Position numbers and translations under genes: made by a program
NCBI GenBank assembly: GCA_963713605.1
Contig: CAVQMO010000005.1
Location: forward strand, 224,001 to 288,000
Origin: an uncultured Nitrososphaerales archaeon
Lineage (GTDB): Archaea > Thermoproteota > Nitrososphaeria > Nitrososphaerales > Nitrososphaeraceae
Direction: 5' to 3'
DNA length: 64,000 nucleotides
In this document: in pieces, positions 34,558-45,896 of the stretch
Position numbering within the stretch: position 1 is the first letter of the stretch
Layout: each line of letters begins with the position of its first letter
The notes under the pieces: model-generated
Told to the model about the DNA's origin: nothing
The model's input: only the letters and a program-made list of their open reading frames with translations
The model's database searches: none

Positions 34558-36039
34558 TTATATAGGAATATTTTCATTGATTGATGGCCCAGTATTGAGT
34601 ACTTGTGCAGTACCCTCAAAAAATTTCTCACTCAAATTTGCAATTTCAAGAATTATCTCCTCCCTAAATGGAGGTCCAATTATTTGTGCTCCTACCGGCA
34701 TATTCTCCTTGGTTAAACCAATTGGAATGCTAATTGCAGGTAGACCAGTACTATTAAATACTACTGTATTTTGCAATAGGGCTTGGCGAGTTTCTACAAC
34801 AACTCTATTTCTTACACTAACTACACTATCCCTGATTCTTGGGGCAGCTACAATGGTCGTAGGAGCGACAATGGCATCAATCTTTCGATTTGATAATATG
34901 GCTAGTATTTCGTTCCTTATCTCATTTACCGCTCTGAGAGATTGAATATAATCGACTGCAGAAATACGTTTTCCTTGGACCAACATCTCTTTCACTTCGG
35001 GGCTATAATCATCCGCTCTCGTATTAAGCCATTTCAAGTGAACATTTGTAGCCTCTGAAAGTCTGATATTTCTCCATGAGTTATAGTATTTTTCTGTATT
35101 CTGCAAATTAAGGTCATCTATAACTAAGGTTTTTATGGACCGTAAGAACTCAACGAAGCTACAAAATAAATCTGCTATTTCAGGATGCATGTTATCACAG
35201 AAATACTTCTTTAGAACTGCAATTCGTAACCTCTTATTACAGGATTCTTCTATGATTCTTGTGTAGGAAGGGACACTTCTGTTTGCCGAAGAGCCATTTG
35301 ATGTATCCCAGCCTGCCACACACTCCATCACTGCAGCCGCGTCCCATACACTTCTTGTGATGCAACCAACATGGTCCAGAGTAGGGGCCAGTGGAAAAAT
35401 ATTGTACATGCTGATCCTACCGAACGTAGGCTTCAGTCCTACAGCGCCACATAGTGAAGCAGGAACTCGAACTGACCCTCCTGTGTCAGTTCCTAATGAA
35501 AGCAAAACCATTCCTGTTGAGACAGCAACAGCAGATCCCCCACTGGAGCCTCCAGATAATCTAGATGTATCCCATGGATTTTTAGAGGTTCCGTAAAATG
35601 GATTTATGCCAGTTATTCCAGATGCAAATTCATTCAAATTATTCGTACCGATGAGGATTCCCCCGGCTCTTTTCATTCGTTGCACAACAGTAGCAGTCGA
35701 CTTGGGAACGCAATTAGTAAGTATTTTCGAGCCTGCGGTACATCTAATACCTCTTACATACATGATGTCCTTAATAGAAAATGGGATTCCGTGCAAAGGG
35801 CCACGGTAATTTCCGAGACGAATTTCATTCTCGGCAATTTGAGCCTGCTTGTACAATTTGTCTTCTCTTATTATGGTAATAAATGCATTAAGGATAGGAT
35901 TCAATTTTTTGATCCTGTCGAGCGATACTTCAATTAATTCAGTTGGCGATATCTGCCCCGCCTTTATTCTCTCTGACAGAAGCTTTATCGAAAATATTGG
36001 TGACGCTGAACCATTGCTAACCACAAAACTAATTCCCAT
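34558..36039 (-). CDS. Amidase signature family enzyme
   Basis: GPLHGIPFSIKD, SGGSSGGS, LGTDTGGSVRVPASLCG; no adjacent gatB/gatC. Confidence 0.92.
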   Translation of the reverse strand: MGISFVVSNGSASPIFSIKLLSERIKAGQISPTELIEVSLDRIKKLNPILNAFITIIREDKLYKQAQIAENEIRLGNYRGPLHGIPFSIKDIMYVRGIRCTAGSKILTNCVPKSTATVVQRMKRAGGILIGTNNLNEFASGITGINPFYGTSKNPWDTSRLSGGSSGGSAVAVSTGMVLLSLGTDTGGSVRVPASLCGAVGLKPTFGRISMYNIFPLAPTLDHVGCITRSVWDAAAVMECVAGWDTSNGSSANRSVPSYTRIIEESCNKRLRIAVLKKYFCDNMHPEIADLFCSFVEFLRSIKTLVIDDLNLQNTEKYYNSWRNIRLSEATNVHLKWLNTRADDYSPEVKEMLVQGKRISAVDYIQSLRAVNEIRNEILAILSNRKIDAIVAPTTIVAAPRIRDSVVSVRNRVVVETRQALLQNTVVFNSTGLPAISIPIGLTKENMPVGAQIIGPPFREEIILEIANLSEKFFEGTAQVLNTGPSINENIPI

Positions 36040-36059
36040 GTGATACCTCTTAAGGAGTT

Positions 36060-36440
36060 TTATATTTCTGAACTAAGATCTGGGGCTATGGATTTGAGAG
36101 GTAACGTGAAACAAAATGTAGGACCCTGTTTATTCGTGTTATTGTAGGCCCATATTCTGCCACCGTGTGCCTCAACAAGGCTTTTTGATACATATAGACC
36201 AAGCCCGGTTCCACCATCAGACGAAGTAACAAATTTAGCAAATAGGTTTTCATTGATGCTCTTATCAATGCAAATACCTCCATCATTTACCATTATGACA
36301 ATTTGCTCTGAAGTATCATCTTTCTTAATAGAAACTTCAATCGGGAGAACAGTTTCGTTGTCTCGAGTAATTCGTTGATTTGAAGAATTCAAGGCATTAT
36401 TTAAAAGGTTTGACAAGACTTTAATGATCCTGTTCTTACC
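36060..36440 (-). pseudogene. Orphan histidine-kinase ATPase (HATPase_c) fragment
   Basis: LSNLLNNA (N box), DGGICI (degenerate G1), GTGLGLYVSKSLVEAHGGRIW; no HisKA or sensor upstream. Confidence 0.75.
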
Positions 36441-36622
36441 AACACTTCTATCAATAAGGGGCCTATTCTCTTTTTCTCTATAGCTGTTTGATATTCTGTT
36501 ACTAGCGATGACCTATCATTAGTAATTATATGTTGATCTCCATCATTCTAAAGTGTTCCATTGTAATATGATACATTAGCATTTCACTTTTAGCTGGTCT
36601 GCCTGGTGTATGGAGCATGAGG

Positions 36623-37210
36623 TCATAATCCTTGTTGAAAAGGATAGTGCGAAGGTATTTTATCAGCTTGAAGGGGCCCAAAGATTAATGCGATCTCGTC
36701 ATGAGCGCTGATACTGATGTTTCTGAAGTCAGTACTTATTGGTACCTTTTTGCCATCTACGTACGTGCTCAACGCGCTATTTGTATCATTGAGGTTGTTG
36801 TGATCGAATATCTGAGTGTTGTTGAAGGTCTGGTTCCAGATATCAATAAAGTTTCCGACTGTGAATTCCCTCTCAATGGGAGATTCAATATGAATAACTC
36901 CACTATTGTCGTGAGTGTGTAGCCAGTACAGACATCGTCCTTCGGGGTCAATCCCGATTTGTGAAGGTACTGTGAATGGTTTACCATCGACAAAGATGTC
37001 AAGATGCGCGTGAATGTGAAACTTGGTAAATTCCATAGTATCACATCGTATACCATCAATCGTAGTCATATTCGGTGTTGATGAAAATACATCTTCTCTG
37101 CCTGAGAGAGAGATATCCAGAGTTAAGGTAGCTATCGTGAGCGAAGCACCAATATAGATTACCCGAAATAGGGTAAACGACAATCCATGTCGGCCAGAAC
37201 TTATTGGCAT
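36623..37210 (-). CDS. Membrane-anchored His-motif conserved hypothetical protein
   Basis: IDGIRC...FHIHAHLDI...VPSQIGI...CLYWLHTHDNSGVIHIE. Confidence 0.78.
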   Translation of the reverse strand: MPISSGRHGLSFTLFRVIYIGASLTIATLTLDISLSGREDVFSSTPNMTTIDGIRCDTMEFTKFHIHAHLDIFVDGKPFTVPSQIGIDPEGRCLYWLHTHDNSGVIHIESPIEREFTVGNFIDIWNQTFNNTQIFDHNNLNDTNSALSTYVDGKKVPISTDFRNISISAHDEIALIFGPLQADKIPSHYPFQQGL

Positions 37211-37467
37211 GCCACGGTGCCTCTCTTATACATTTTTTTTACAATCATTGTCAACCGAACTGACATGATCAAATAAATAGATTGGGGACCAGGCAAATAT
37301 CATGTCATGTAATACTAATTCTCAGTCTGAGATGTTACCTGAATCCAATTGTAAGAGAAGGGATCCAGTAGTTTTACTTACGAAACGACCGAATAATCTA
37401 AATCATCTTTGCGGACTACAATACCCTCTTCTCAGAAAGTGCTCGCCAAAATCGTCTACGCAAGGCC

Positions 37468-38680
37468 CTAAATACTTCTAACGTATAACAAGAACTTTTC
37501 TGATTTAGATATATCAAATCTTGCAAGCACATCTGTAATTTCAGAAAAATCAGTTTTTTCATCATGCATTTGATTCGGCATAAATAACTGAATTCTATCA
37601 AACTTACCTGATGAGATGACCCGATTCACTGTAAAAAGCAACAAATCCTCTAGGTAGGTCGAGGTTGGAGCATCAAGATAAACTATTTGAAAAGATGCAT
37701 CATCATCATCGTTATACCCTGAATCATCTTTTTCACTAGAAATCTGTCTTAGTCCCTCATCTCCACTTTGCAATCGTTCAGCACGATATTTTTCACGAAC
37801 ATGATTATTTGTAATTGCTAATGCTCTAATTCCCCAAATACCTTTGGTTCTAACAATTATTATTTTCTTGTTGGTTATCAGTTCTGAGATTATAGAGTTT
37901 TCCAATTTCAATTCATACCATTTCCAGGATTGAACATATCTTCGACCGCTAGAAATGAAGGTTTTTGATTTTGACAGAAAGGTGATAATTTCCCCGATAT
38001 CACTTACAGATGCGAACGAGACAACCATATTTCTGCGACGTGTGTTAGCATCATCATCATTAGAAACTTTACCTTGATTATTTTCAAAGATGTTCTTCCT
38101 AATTCTTAAACTCGCTATGTTTGTCCGATTGCCATTTTCCTTGTGTCCTGTGTAATATATCCATTTAGCTCTCTTTTGGAATTCATTCTTCTCTAACATT
38201 TGCCTTGACGCAATGTTCGTTTCAGCCGTTATGGCGGCTGCCTCTCTGATGTTATTATCCATCTCCCTTCCATATTCTATCATTCTATCTATGAGTTCAG
38301 AAGCAATCCCCATACGTCGATATTTAGAATTAATTCTAATTCCCTCAACCCATACCAGTTTCCTATTTGGACAAACATAGGCATGTGATACCCCTACAAT
38401 TTGACTTGTTTTAGAATAAGTGCTTTTGTCATCAAGCGCAGGCGCAACCTTGACCACGTCTGCGTCGTCAAGATCAGCAAGGTTGGATATTATTTCGGCT
38501 ACCATCAAGACGCCATTGAGATCGGAATACCAAGTATCCCACACCTCATGAATGTAGTCTCCCCACCGAAACGTATTTTTACAGAATTCTAAAACTTTCG
38601 ATTTGTCCGATTTAATTGCTTTTCTTACTTTAATCTCAATGCTTAAAATATCTTAGATTATGCAATTTCATTGTTTCCAT
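37468..38680 (-). CDS. GNAT family N-acetyltransferase
   Basis: WVEGIRINSKYRRMGIA acetyl-CoA motif, NIASRQML. The frame extends upstream (VRKAIKSDK...TFRWGDYI) beyond the called start; the true start is probably shifted near 38640. Confidence 0.82.
37912..38059 (+). repeat. 148-bp direct repeat, copy 1 (inside the GNAT gene)
   Basis: Matches 40032-40179 at a constant offset of 2120, with 7 mismatches by my count. Confidence 0.92.
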
Positions 38681-38859
38681 CTCGTCACTGTTGTAAATTG
38701 GTTGATGTTGAAATAAATTTATCAAGTAGGATATTGTTATGCATCACCTATCCTCTTGGATGATTATTTTAGTTAATTCTTAATTGATTTGGCAAATATC
38801 TCTTTGCACAAATGAATTCATCGAAAATAGTAGCAGAAAGTGGACTGACGTAGGGTTAG

Positions 38860-39231
38860 TTACGCCTTAATAAATTGTCTTAGCTTTTCGTTCTTGACCA
38901 GAACATCCATTATCTTGCTACGTTCAGATTCCGGAATACCGGATGAATCAAGAACATCTAATGCTCTTAACTTCCAGTATTCTTCTGATATAACTTGCAA
39001 CAATACTAGGTGCCAATCAAAAACTACCTTCCCGAAGGAAGTGAGATGATACTTTCCGTTTGCCTTGCTAATCAGATTATAAATTATCAATGCGTGAAGT
39101 CTGGAATAGAATTGTTTTCGCGTTAGTTGCAAACTGTCAATTGAAATAGATTGACCTTCTTTAATCACAGATAGCATTTCCCTACACTTATCGTCTGAAA
39201 TACAATTCAGGATTTGGGATTCTGTTAACAA
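38860..39231 (-). CDS. Winged-HTH regulator (LTRKQ[FY]YSRL family), paralog 1
   Basis: ISDDK...LTRKQFYSRL...LI...GKYHLTSFGKVV. Confidence 0.82.
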   Translation of the reverse strand: MLTESQILNCISDDKCREMLSVIKEGQSISIDSLQLTRKQFYSRLHALIIYNLISKANGKYHLTSFGKVVFDWHLVLLQVISEEYWKLRALDVLDSSGIPESERSKIMDVLVKNEKLRQFIKA

Positions 39232-39736
39232 GTATGCTCTAAATAGGCAAATCTGGCCTTATTAATCTTTTGAAGGATCAATGTCCATTATTGCTCTTGG
39301 TTAGGAGCTGAAAAGGAATCCAGATATCTGAAAGGGAAGTTAGAAGGGAAACCTGCGAGCTTGTATGACGAAACAGGAATTGCATTCCAAATTCTAAGGT
39401 TGTCGTTAATTCTCTTGCTCTTATTCAGTCATTGGGGCCCACACAGATCCAGTATTTGTTCTCTCTAAAATTACCTATCATTCAAAGTACCTTATAGGAC
39501 AAACCTGAACATTGGACATGAGAATCCCATTAATTGCCATTCCAATAACTTTGAAAGGGGACTTATCAGTAATGTGAATGTTTACAGTTCTTTGCTGGTT
39601 GCTTTCGTTTATATTGACCCTGATCGAGCCTTCGAATAAGGACACCTCCAATCCACGAGTGCACTATCCAAGTGGGCGTCAGTCAGGAACAAAACAAACT
39701 TAAGGGCAAGGGCGAAGCCTATAGATTGTTTGTGAC

Positions 39737-40072
39737 GTGTCCTCCGGTTCACATAATATTTTGTATCGGGACAGGATCTATATTATTAAAGATATTATTC
39801 TGAAACTTGTAGAGTACGGTGAACTGAATCAAACTGCATTGGTAAGCTTCTGCGGATTGAATATGACCAAGCATAAGCCTCTTATCGATAATTTGGAAAC
39901 AAAGCAATTAATCAGTAGAAATCAGATTCTGGTCGGTAAGCGAGTGATAACCATCTATAAACCAACACAAAAGGGGCTTGAATTTTGCAATAGTATACTG
40001 GAGCCATATGAGATCATGTTTCCGCGCGTCGTTCAAACCATTTCCAAGATTGAACAGATCTTCGACCGCTAG
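39737..40072 (+). CDS. Archaeal winged-HTH regulator (HTH_45/DUF2495-like)
   Basis: YRDRIYIIKDIL...NQTALVSFCGLN...YKPTQKGLEF. Confidence 0.82.
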   Translation: MSSGSHNILYRDRIYIIKDIILKLVEYGELNQTALVSFCGLNMTKHKPLIDNLETKQLISRNQILVGKRVITIYKPTQKGLEFCNSILEPYEIMFPRVVQTISKIEQIFDR

Positions 40073-40179
40073 AAATGAAGGTTTTTGATTTTGACAGAAA
40101 GGTGATAATTTCCCCGATATCGCTCACAAATGCGAACGAGACAACCATATTTCTGCGACATGTGTTAGCATCATCATCA
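40032..40179 (+). repeat. 148-bp direct repeat, copy 2 (supplies the stop codon of the 39737 gene)
   Basis: Near-identical to 37912-38059. Confidence 0.92.
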
Positions 40180-41306
40180 GTGTCGTCAGGCACTGGATAA
40201 GGATATGTATTAGATTTATCAAGCCGCCTGTAAATGACATATTATTGGCATAGTGAGGCATATGATTCAAATTCAAACTATAGCATTCGGAAGCGAATAT
40301 TCCTGTAACGTAAACAAAAACCTAATTGCTCACCTGGATCAGACTGAAGGTACTGGCGGCTCGTAATAGAGATAAAGATCCTCTGCAAATGCTTTCTGTA
40401 GAAATCTGTGAGCATTTTCGGTAACCTTGGTTAATTCGGTTATATCACTGTCAGGTGCTCTGTGCAATGATATTCCTCAGACTACTCTCTTCGTTCTTCG
40501 TTCGGCTTTTCCCCTAATATTGTCATTCCCCTTGATCGGGCTCTATTATTTGCGTTACTGTCATTAGTACCAATGATATTGGTCCTGTTATCAACAACTC
40601 GACGGCCTCCGTGCATACTAAATGAGGAGTCTTCCTCACGGGCACCACATGCTTCGACACCGCCACTGAATCCACGTAGAATTCCACCGCAGTTCGCAGA
40701 CAGCAATCGCAACCGCCCACCTACAACTTGTAACTGGTAACTCCATGAGCATCATTCTCTGCTGCATACTATCTGTGGTGGCATATGAGACATGTAATCC
40801 ATGAATGACCAACTCAAAGACTATTCTGTTTACCTCTTGGAATGGTACTCTCTATGGAAATTAAAGACTAAGCTTATGCTTCTCTACCTATCTTTTTAAC
40901 GTGGCGAATAAACTCTACCTGGGTTTTAATATATCATCAGCTCAGCAATGGGCAGGAACACATAGAATGTACACGTCGAAACCGTAAAACGTGTCTATCT
41001 GCTTAATACCGGAGACCATTGCGACGATTGGTGATGAGGTTGCTTGTGCTTGACGACTCATTGTCTTTGAGTGCATAGATTACGCAACTTGTACTACAAG
41101 ATCTTGTGTAAAGTCCGCAGATATAGACTATCCATTGTGAATTTGCCTTCATAGATCACTGAAATTGTCACAAAGTGTCTTCTAAACGTCGCTAGCAGCA
41201 CTTGGTGCCCATACACGTTCCGTTGATGTAGGATGACCAAGAAAAAACGTAAGGTCGGTTACAGAGCATTTATCTATTTTACTCGCCAAGACCGACGAGA
41301 TCCTGA

Positions 41307-42456
41307 ATGAGTCAAACCACTATTCAAAAAAAGGCAGAAAGACAGGTCGAGCAAGTAAGAAGATTAAGCGCTGAGAGAAAATGGCTACCAATTTTCCATT
41401 GGGCTGAAAGTACAAAGGATTTGGGGTCAAGCCCGAGCAGCCAATTCATACCTGTCTCTCTACTCCTTAGGTCTCAGATACTCCTTTTCAATTCAAGAAA
41501 AAAATGGGGATTGCTGTTCGCTCTGGCTACCATCTCAGGAATGTTTTGTGTGCCGAATGCAATATACCAAATTCAAAATGCCATAGTGGGATCTTTTGAT
41601 GACCGGTTGAATCTCTTGATGAACTCAGTTCTTCCTGTATCTACACTCTTAATCATCACAGGCATGTATGTCCTCAACGATCTTTTCGATGCTGACCTTG
41701 ATCGGATCAACGGGAAAACTAATAGGCCAATACCGTCTGGAAGAGTTAGCAAGAGACAAGCCCTTGTTTTCGTTGTATCGATGAATGTGATTGGGCTTTC
41801 ACTGCCAGTTTTTGCGAATAATACACTGGGAATCGTGATGGCGTCAACAATTGCAATGATTGGCATTATGTACTCCCTTCCAAAAATTTCACTGAAAGAC
41901 AGGTTTGTCATAAAAACCTGTGCTATTGCAATCGCTATGGCATGTTCATTGTTTCTTGGAGCAAGCATGTATTTTGGTGATGATTTTGGGATTAGTTTTC
42001 AAACGGAAAGTTCAATTTTTGTATCCATTGTTTGCAGGTGTTATGCTTGCTCTGATGGTCATTGTTACGTCTCCGTTGAATGATTTGGGTGATATTAAGG
42101 GAGACAAAGAGGCAGGTAGGAAGACGATCCCGATAGTGCTTGGAAAGAAAAATACCCTCAGGCTCTCTTTGTTAGTAACAATAGGAATTGCCCTTTCATC
42201 GTGGATTCTCTATGCACTACGGACATCCATGATTGTATACGAATCAACTAGCCTGGATATTTCAACCAACACCATTTATGCAATTGCGTTACCTCTCTTG
42301 ATCTCGGGGATGTGTGTTTTGATTGTCGTCCACCTGATGTCTGTGTTTAAACGGATAGATGACCTAAATTACATTAGGGAATCAGTCGGTAAGAAGTCAA
42401 TGCCCTTACATTTACTACTGCAAATTTCGTTAGTTATCGGTTGCCTAATACAGTAA
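41307..42456 (+). CDS. UbiA-superfamily prenyltransferase (frameshift near 42020)
   Basis: NDLFDADLDRING..RPIPSG, YSLP...LKD, NDLGDIKGDKEAGRKTIP; multiple TM helices. Confidence 0.88.
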
Positions 42457-42593
42457 GAACGACAAATCACTGATGATTTAGGCTTTGGACTGATGTATTA
42501 GGCGAAGTCATAAAATGAGTAGAAGCAGCCTAAGGCTCGGACTAGTCTAAGATTGTTATTTTACCTGTTGTAAATGAAAAGCTGAATTGGTAG

Positions 42594-43547
42594 CTAGCGG
42601 GAAGATGCCCGAGCAGCTTCTTCGATAAACATCGGAGACTGTGCATCCTGTTTGAGGAGATGGAAGTACGTAATGTATTTTTCAGCAAGATAACTGTCAT
42701 CGTAATTGGCTATTGCTATCGTAAACTCATGCGGATTAACATAACTTACAGTTTCATATACAACTTGTCGTTCATCAACGACTACGAAGCTAGTTGGAAG
42801 TTTCTCCAGTCTGAATAACTCAAATCTGGGAGACCGAACCATGTTTACAACCTGGTGGTACGTCTCTTTATTGGGTGCTGTCCTGAGAATTGCATTGATT
42901 CTGGAATCAAGGGAAGTTTGTTTAGGATTTCCGTCTATAATATGTAACCTTACTCCGTTAGCAAACTTCTTGATTGCAAGGCTTGAAATGTGAGGATCAT
43001 GATAACGCGATGCAAAGTAAATTTCTTTCTTTGCATTGTCCAACACACGAAGCACTTCAACGATCAGGCTTTCATAATCTCTTATAATAGTAAAGCCTGA
43101 CAAATGCGTGTCATTGGTTATTTGATTCAACTCTGATACTTCTAGAAGCTCCTTTATCAAAATGTCCCTCTCTGTACCTGGAAGGTCACTTCGACCTTTG
43201 AGGACATCGACTGCCTGAAGATGCCAAAAACCGTCTAGGATCTTCTCCAACGTTCTAAAATTGCTTTTGTATACAAGGGAGCCAAGGGATGTAGTTCTAT
43301 ACATATTATCTCGTTGCTTTTCGACTAGACCCATGTCTTTGAGGCGCTTAAGGCGAGATAGATACTGCCGTTTCGTCAATTTACCAACGACGTTGGAAAA
43401 GTCACCCTTTACTCCTGAGTATGCAATTTTCAGCATTTTAGCCATCAGAGGATCAGACAATACCTGAAAAATCTGATACGTGCTTGGAACAGACCTAAGT
43501 CTGACTTTCGTTCCTTTAGACTCTGAAGTTCCTCTTTTAGTCCCCAC
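42594..43547 (-). CDS. Winged-HTH regulator with C-terminal TrmB/PLD-like effector domain
   Basis: LTKRQYLSRL...YRTTSLG; C-terminal DNAKKEIYFAS...GVRLHII...SFVVVDERQV...YFHLL without catalytic HKD. Confidence 0.8.
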   Translation of the reverse strand: MGTKRGTSESKGTKVRLRSVPSTYQIFQVLSDPLMAKMLKIAYSGVKGDFSNVVGKLTKRQYLSRLKRLKDMGLVEKQRDNMYRTTSLGSLVYKSNFRTLEKILDGFWHLQAVDVLKGRSDLPGTERDILIKELLEVSELNQITNDTHLSGFTIIRDYESLIVEVLRVLDNAKKEIYFASRYHDPHISSLAIKKFANGVRLHIIDGNPKQTSLDSRINAILRTAPNKETYHQVVNMVRSPRFELFRLEKLPTSFVVVDERQVVYETVSYVNPHEFTIAIANYDDSYLAEKYITYFHLLKQDAQSPMFIEEAARASSR

Positions 43548-43768
43548 TGACGTATCTCATATACATTGGTACCTCAAGGTTATATAGGCTTTCGCCGTTT
43601 TCAGGCCTTCTCCTGGCACTTTACACTCTCTCTGGAACTCCACGCAAGGATAATGGTGAATAACATATGCTCTACCTGTATTCAAGGATTCCCACCGATA
43701 CTACTAAAGGAGTATCTACCCCTGAATTTATCGAAAATATTCTAGTCGAAAAAAAGGAGATGTCTGCG

Positions 43769-44140
43769 TTACATTTTGATAAACTGCTTGAGCTTTTCAT
43801 TTTTTACCAAGACATCCATGATCTTGCTGCGTTCGGAAGGAGGTATTCCTGAGGAATCAAGCACATCTAGTGCTTTTAACTTCCAAAATCCTTCTGATAT
43901 AGCTTGCATTAATACAAGATGCCAATCAAAAACTACTTTGCCAAATGAGGTTAAATGATATTTACCATTTTCCTTGCTGACTAGTTTATAAATTATCAAT
44001 GCGTGAAGCCTAGAGTAGTACTGCTTCCGTGTCAAGTTTAGGCTAGCTATTGAGGGAGATCGACCTTCTTTAATAACAGATAGCATTTCTCTAGATTTGT
44101 CGTCCGAGATACAGCTTAAAACTTGAGATTCAGTTATCAA
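43769..44140 (-). CDS. Winged-HTH regulator, paralog 2
   Basis: Same length (123 aa) and highly similar to 38860-39231. Confidence 0.85.
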   Translation of the reverse strand: MITESQVLSCISDDKSREMLSVIKEGRSPSIASLNLTRKQYYSRLHALIIYKLVSKENGKYHLTSFGKVVFDWHLVLMQAISEGFWKLKALDVLDSSGIPPSERSKIMDVLVKNEKLKQFIKM

Positions 44141-44167
44141 TTATATATTCCACTAAGAAAATCTCGC

Positions 44168-44185
44168 TTTATTAATCTTTTGAAG
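44168..44185 (-). promoter_or_regulatory. BRE/TATA promoter shared by both 123-aa wHTH paralogs
   Basis: CTTCAAAAGATTAATAA on minus here and at about 39259-39275, at similar distance from each TTG start. Confidence 0.65.
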
Positions 44186-44489
44186 AAACAAGTTTAGTCA
44201 CACTTTCAGCGGTGCAAATTAATCTTTAGAGAGAATCATGATGCATAATTCAAGGCGCGGTCAAATAATGAAATCTACAATCAGTAATAAACTAAACTTT
44301 TAAAGCCTAGAGAAAGCGTTACAATCTTACTAGACCCAAAAAAGTACAGACCGAATTAAGACAGCTCACTACAGTGTGCTGGGATACACTCAAAGTTATA
44401 CTGCATGTCAAGACAAGTATCCAAACCAACTGGTTATCCCTTCTTTTGACCACTCTAGAAATAAACAACTAGCAATAATCTATCTTGGC

Positions 44490-45729
44490 ATGAAGATCGT
44501 GTCCGTCGTTGGGGCTAGACCAAACTTTGTAAAACTCGGCCCTATTCACAAGTCATTATTGCCGTACTGTAACCACATTATCATCCACACTGGGCAGCAT
44601 TATGATTATGAGATGTCTGACATATTTTTTAAAGAGCTTAGTATTCCCAGGCCTGATATTAACCTTGGAATTGGGTCGGCTTCCCCCGGAGAACAGATTG
44701 GCGAGATGATAAGAAAATTGGATGTGGTATTTCGGCTTAGCCAAAAACAGGAAGCCTCAGCTGCCAAGTTTAGCATCAAAGCCAGATTTGGTTCTTGTGT
44801 ACGGAGATACAAACTCTACTTTTGCGGGTGCATTTGCGGCATCTGTTAATCATATACCCATTGCACATATTGAAGCAGGTCTGAGAAGCTTCGACAGAAG
44901 AATGCCTGAAGAGAGAAACAGAATTCTAACAGATCATATAAGTGATTTACTATTTGCGCCCACTGATACTGCAGCAAGGAATCTAAAGGTTGAAAACGTT
45001 GCCGGAAAGGTCATAAATTCAGGGGACATATCGGTCGAAGTGGTAGAGGAAGCATTGCAATTTTCAAAAAATTCAACGATTCTAAGTGATTTGCATCTTA
45101 GTCCGGAATCCTTTATTCTCTTTACTATGCACAGGGCTGAAAGCACCGACTCATATGGGAATCTTAAAGAAATCATAGGCCTGTTTCAAGAATTGAGAAC
45201 AGTAAGTTTTGATCCGTTGTCGTTTACTGCCAAAGAACCAAAGAATTCGAGCCTTGGGATTTCAAGCCATAACATGTCGCATAATGACAATCGGCGCAAA
45301 ATACGAATAGTATTTCCAGTACATCCAAGAACTGAAAAGCTACTAAAATCTTACGACCTTTACAAAGAGCTAACGGAGTGCGATAACGTTACGATAACAA
45401 AACCTTTGGGCTACATTGATTTTCTGAGGTTACTAAGTGAATCCTATAAGGTTATTACTGATTCAGGAGGGGTTCAAAAGGAAGCCTACCTATGCTCAGT
45501 TCCCTGCATCACAATTAGGAGGAGCACTGAATGGGTTGAAACCCTGGATTATGGATGGAATACACTATGTGAATTTGACAAGAATAAAATAGTGGACATT
45601 CTTCTACACCATGATGCAGAGCCCAAGAAAAATTATAGTAGGGTCATTTTTGGCCAGGGGAATACATCTGAAATAATTCGGGAGTCTATTCTTTTTAGAT
45701 ACTTAAAGAAAAAGTCGGAAGCTAATTGA
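44490..45729 (+). CDS. wecB: Non-hydrolysing UDP-N-acetylglucosamine 2-epimerase (frameshift near 44740-44780)
   Basis: VVGARPNFVK, HTGQHYD, YGDTNST, HIEAGLRS, MPEE, TDSGGVQKEA. Confidence 0.92.
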
Positions 45730-45819
45730 ATTTGTGCCAGCCGCAATGTCGAAATCCTATCGTTAGGCATGGCGCGCGACATCATGATTTAGGAGTACAA
45801 ACTTCTATTATTTTTAAGC

Positions 45820-45853
45820 GGATTTACCTCCTAAAATCATGGAGGTAGGATCC
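45820..45853. terminator. Hairpin between convergent genes
   Basis: GGATTTACCTCC-N9-GGAGGTAGGATCC. Confidence 0.4.
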
Positions 45854-45896
45854 ATTAACCAAATTCCAGAATAGAGTTGGCCAATCAGATCAAATG

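Noticed and set aside
34558..36039. gatA gene symbol
   Set aside because: No gatB/gatC nearby and no GatA-specific segments that I can recognise
40482..40720. Two overlapping short minus-strand ORFs
   Set aside because: No motifs or expression signals; probably spurious
40942..41076. 44-aa minus-strand ORF ending ...CVPAHC as a prenylated peptide precursor for the UbiA enzyme
   Set aside because: No clear promoter or homology; UbiA enzymes are not established peptide prenyltransferases; a chance ORF is likely
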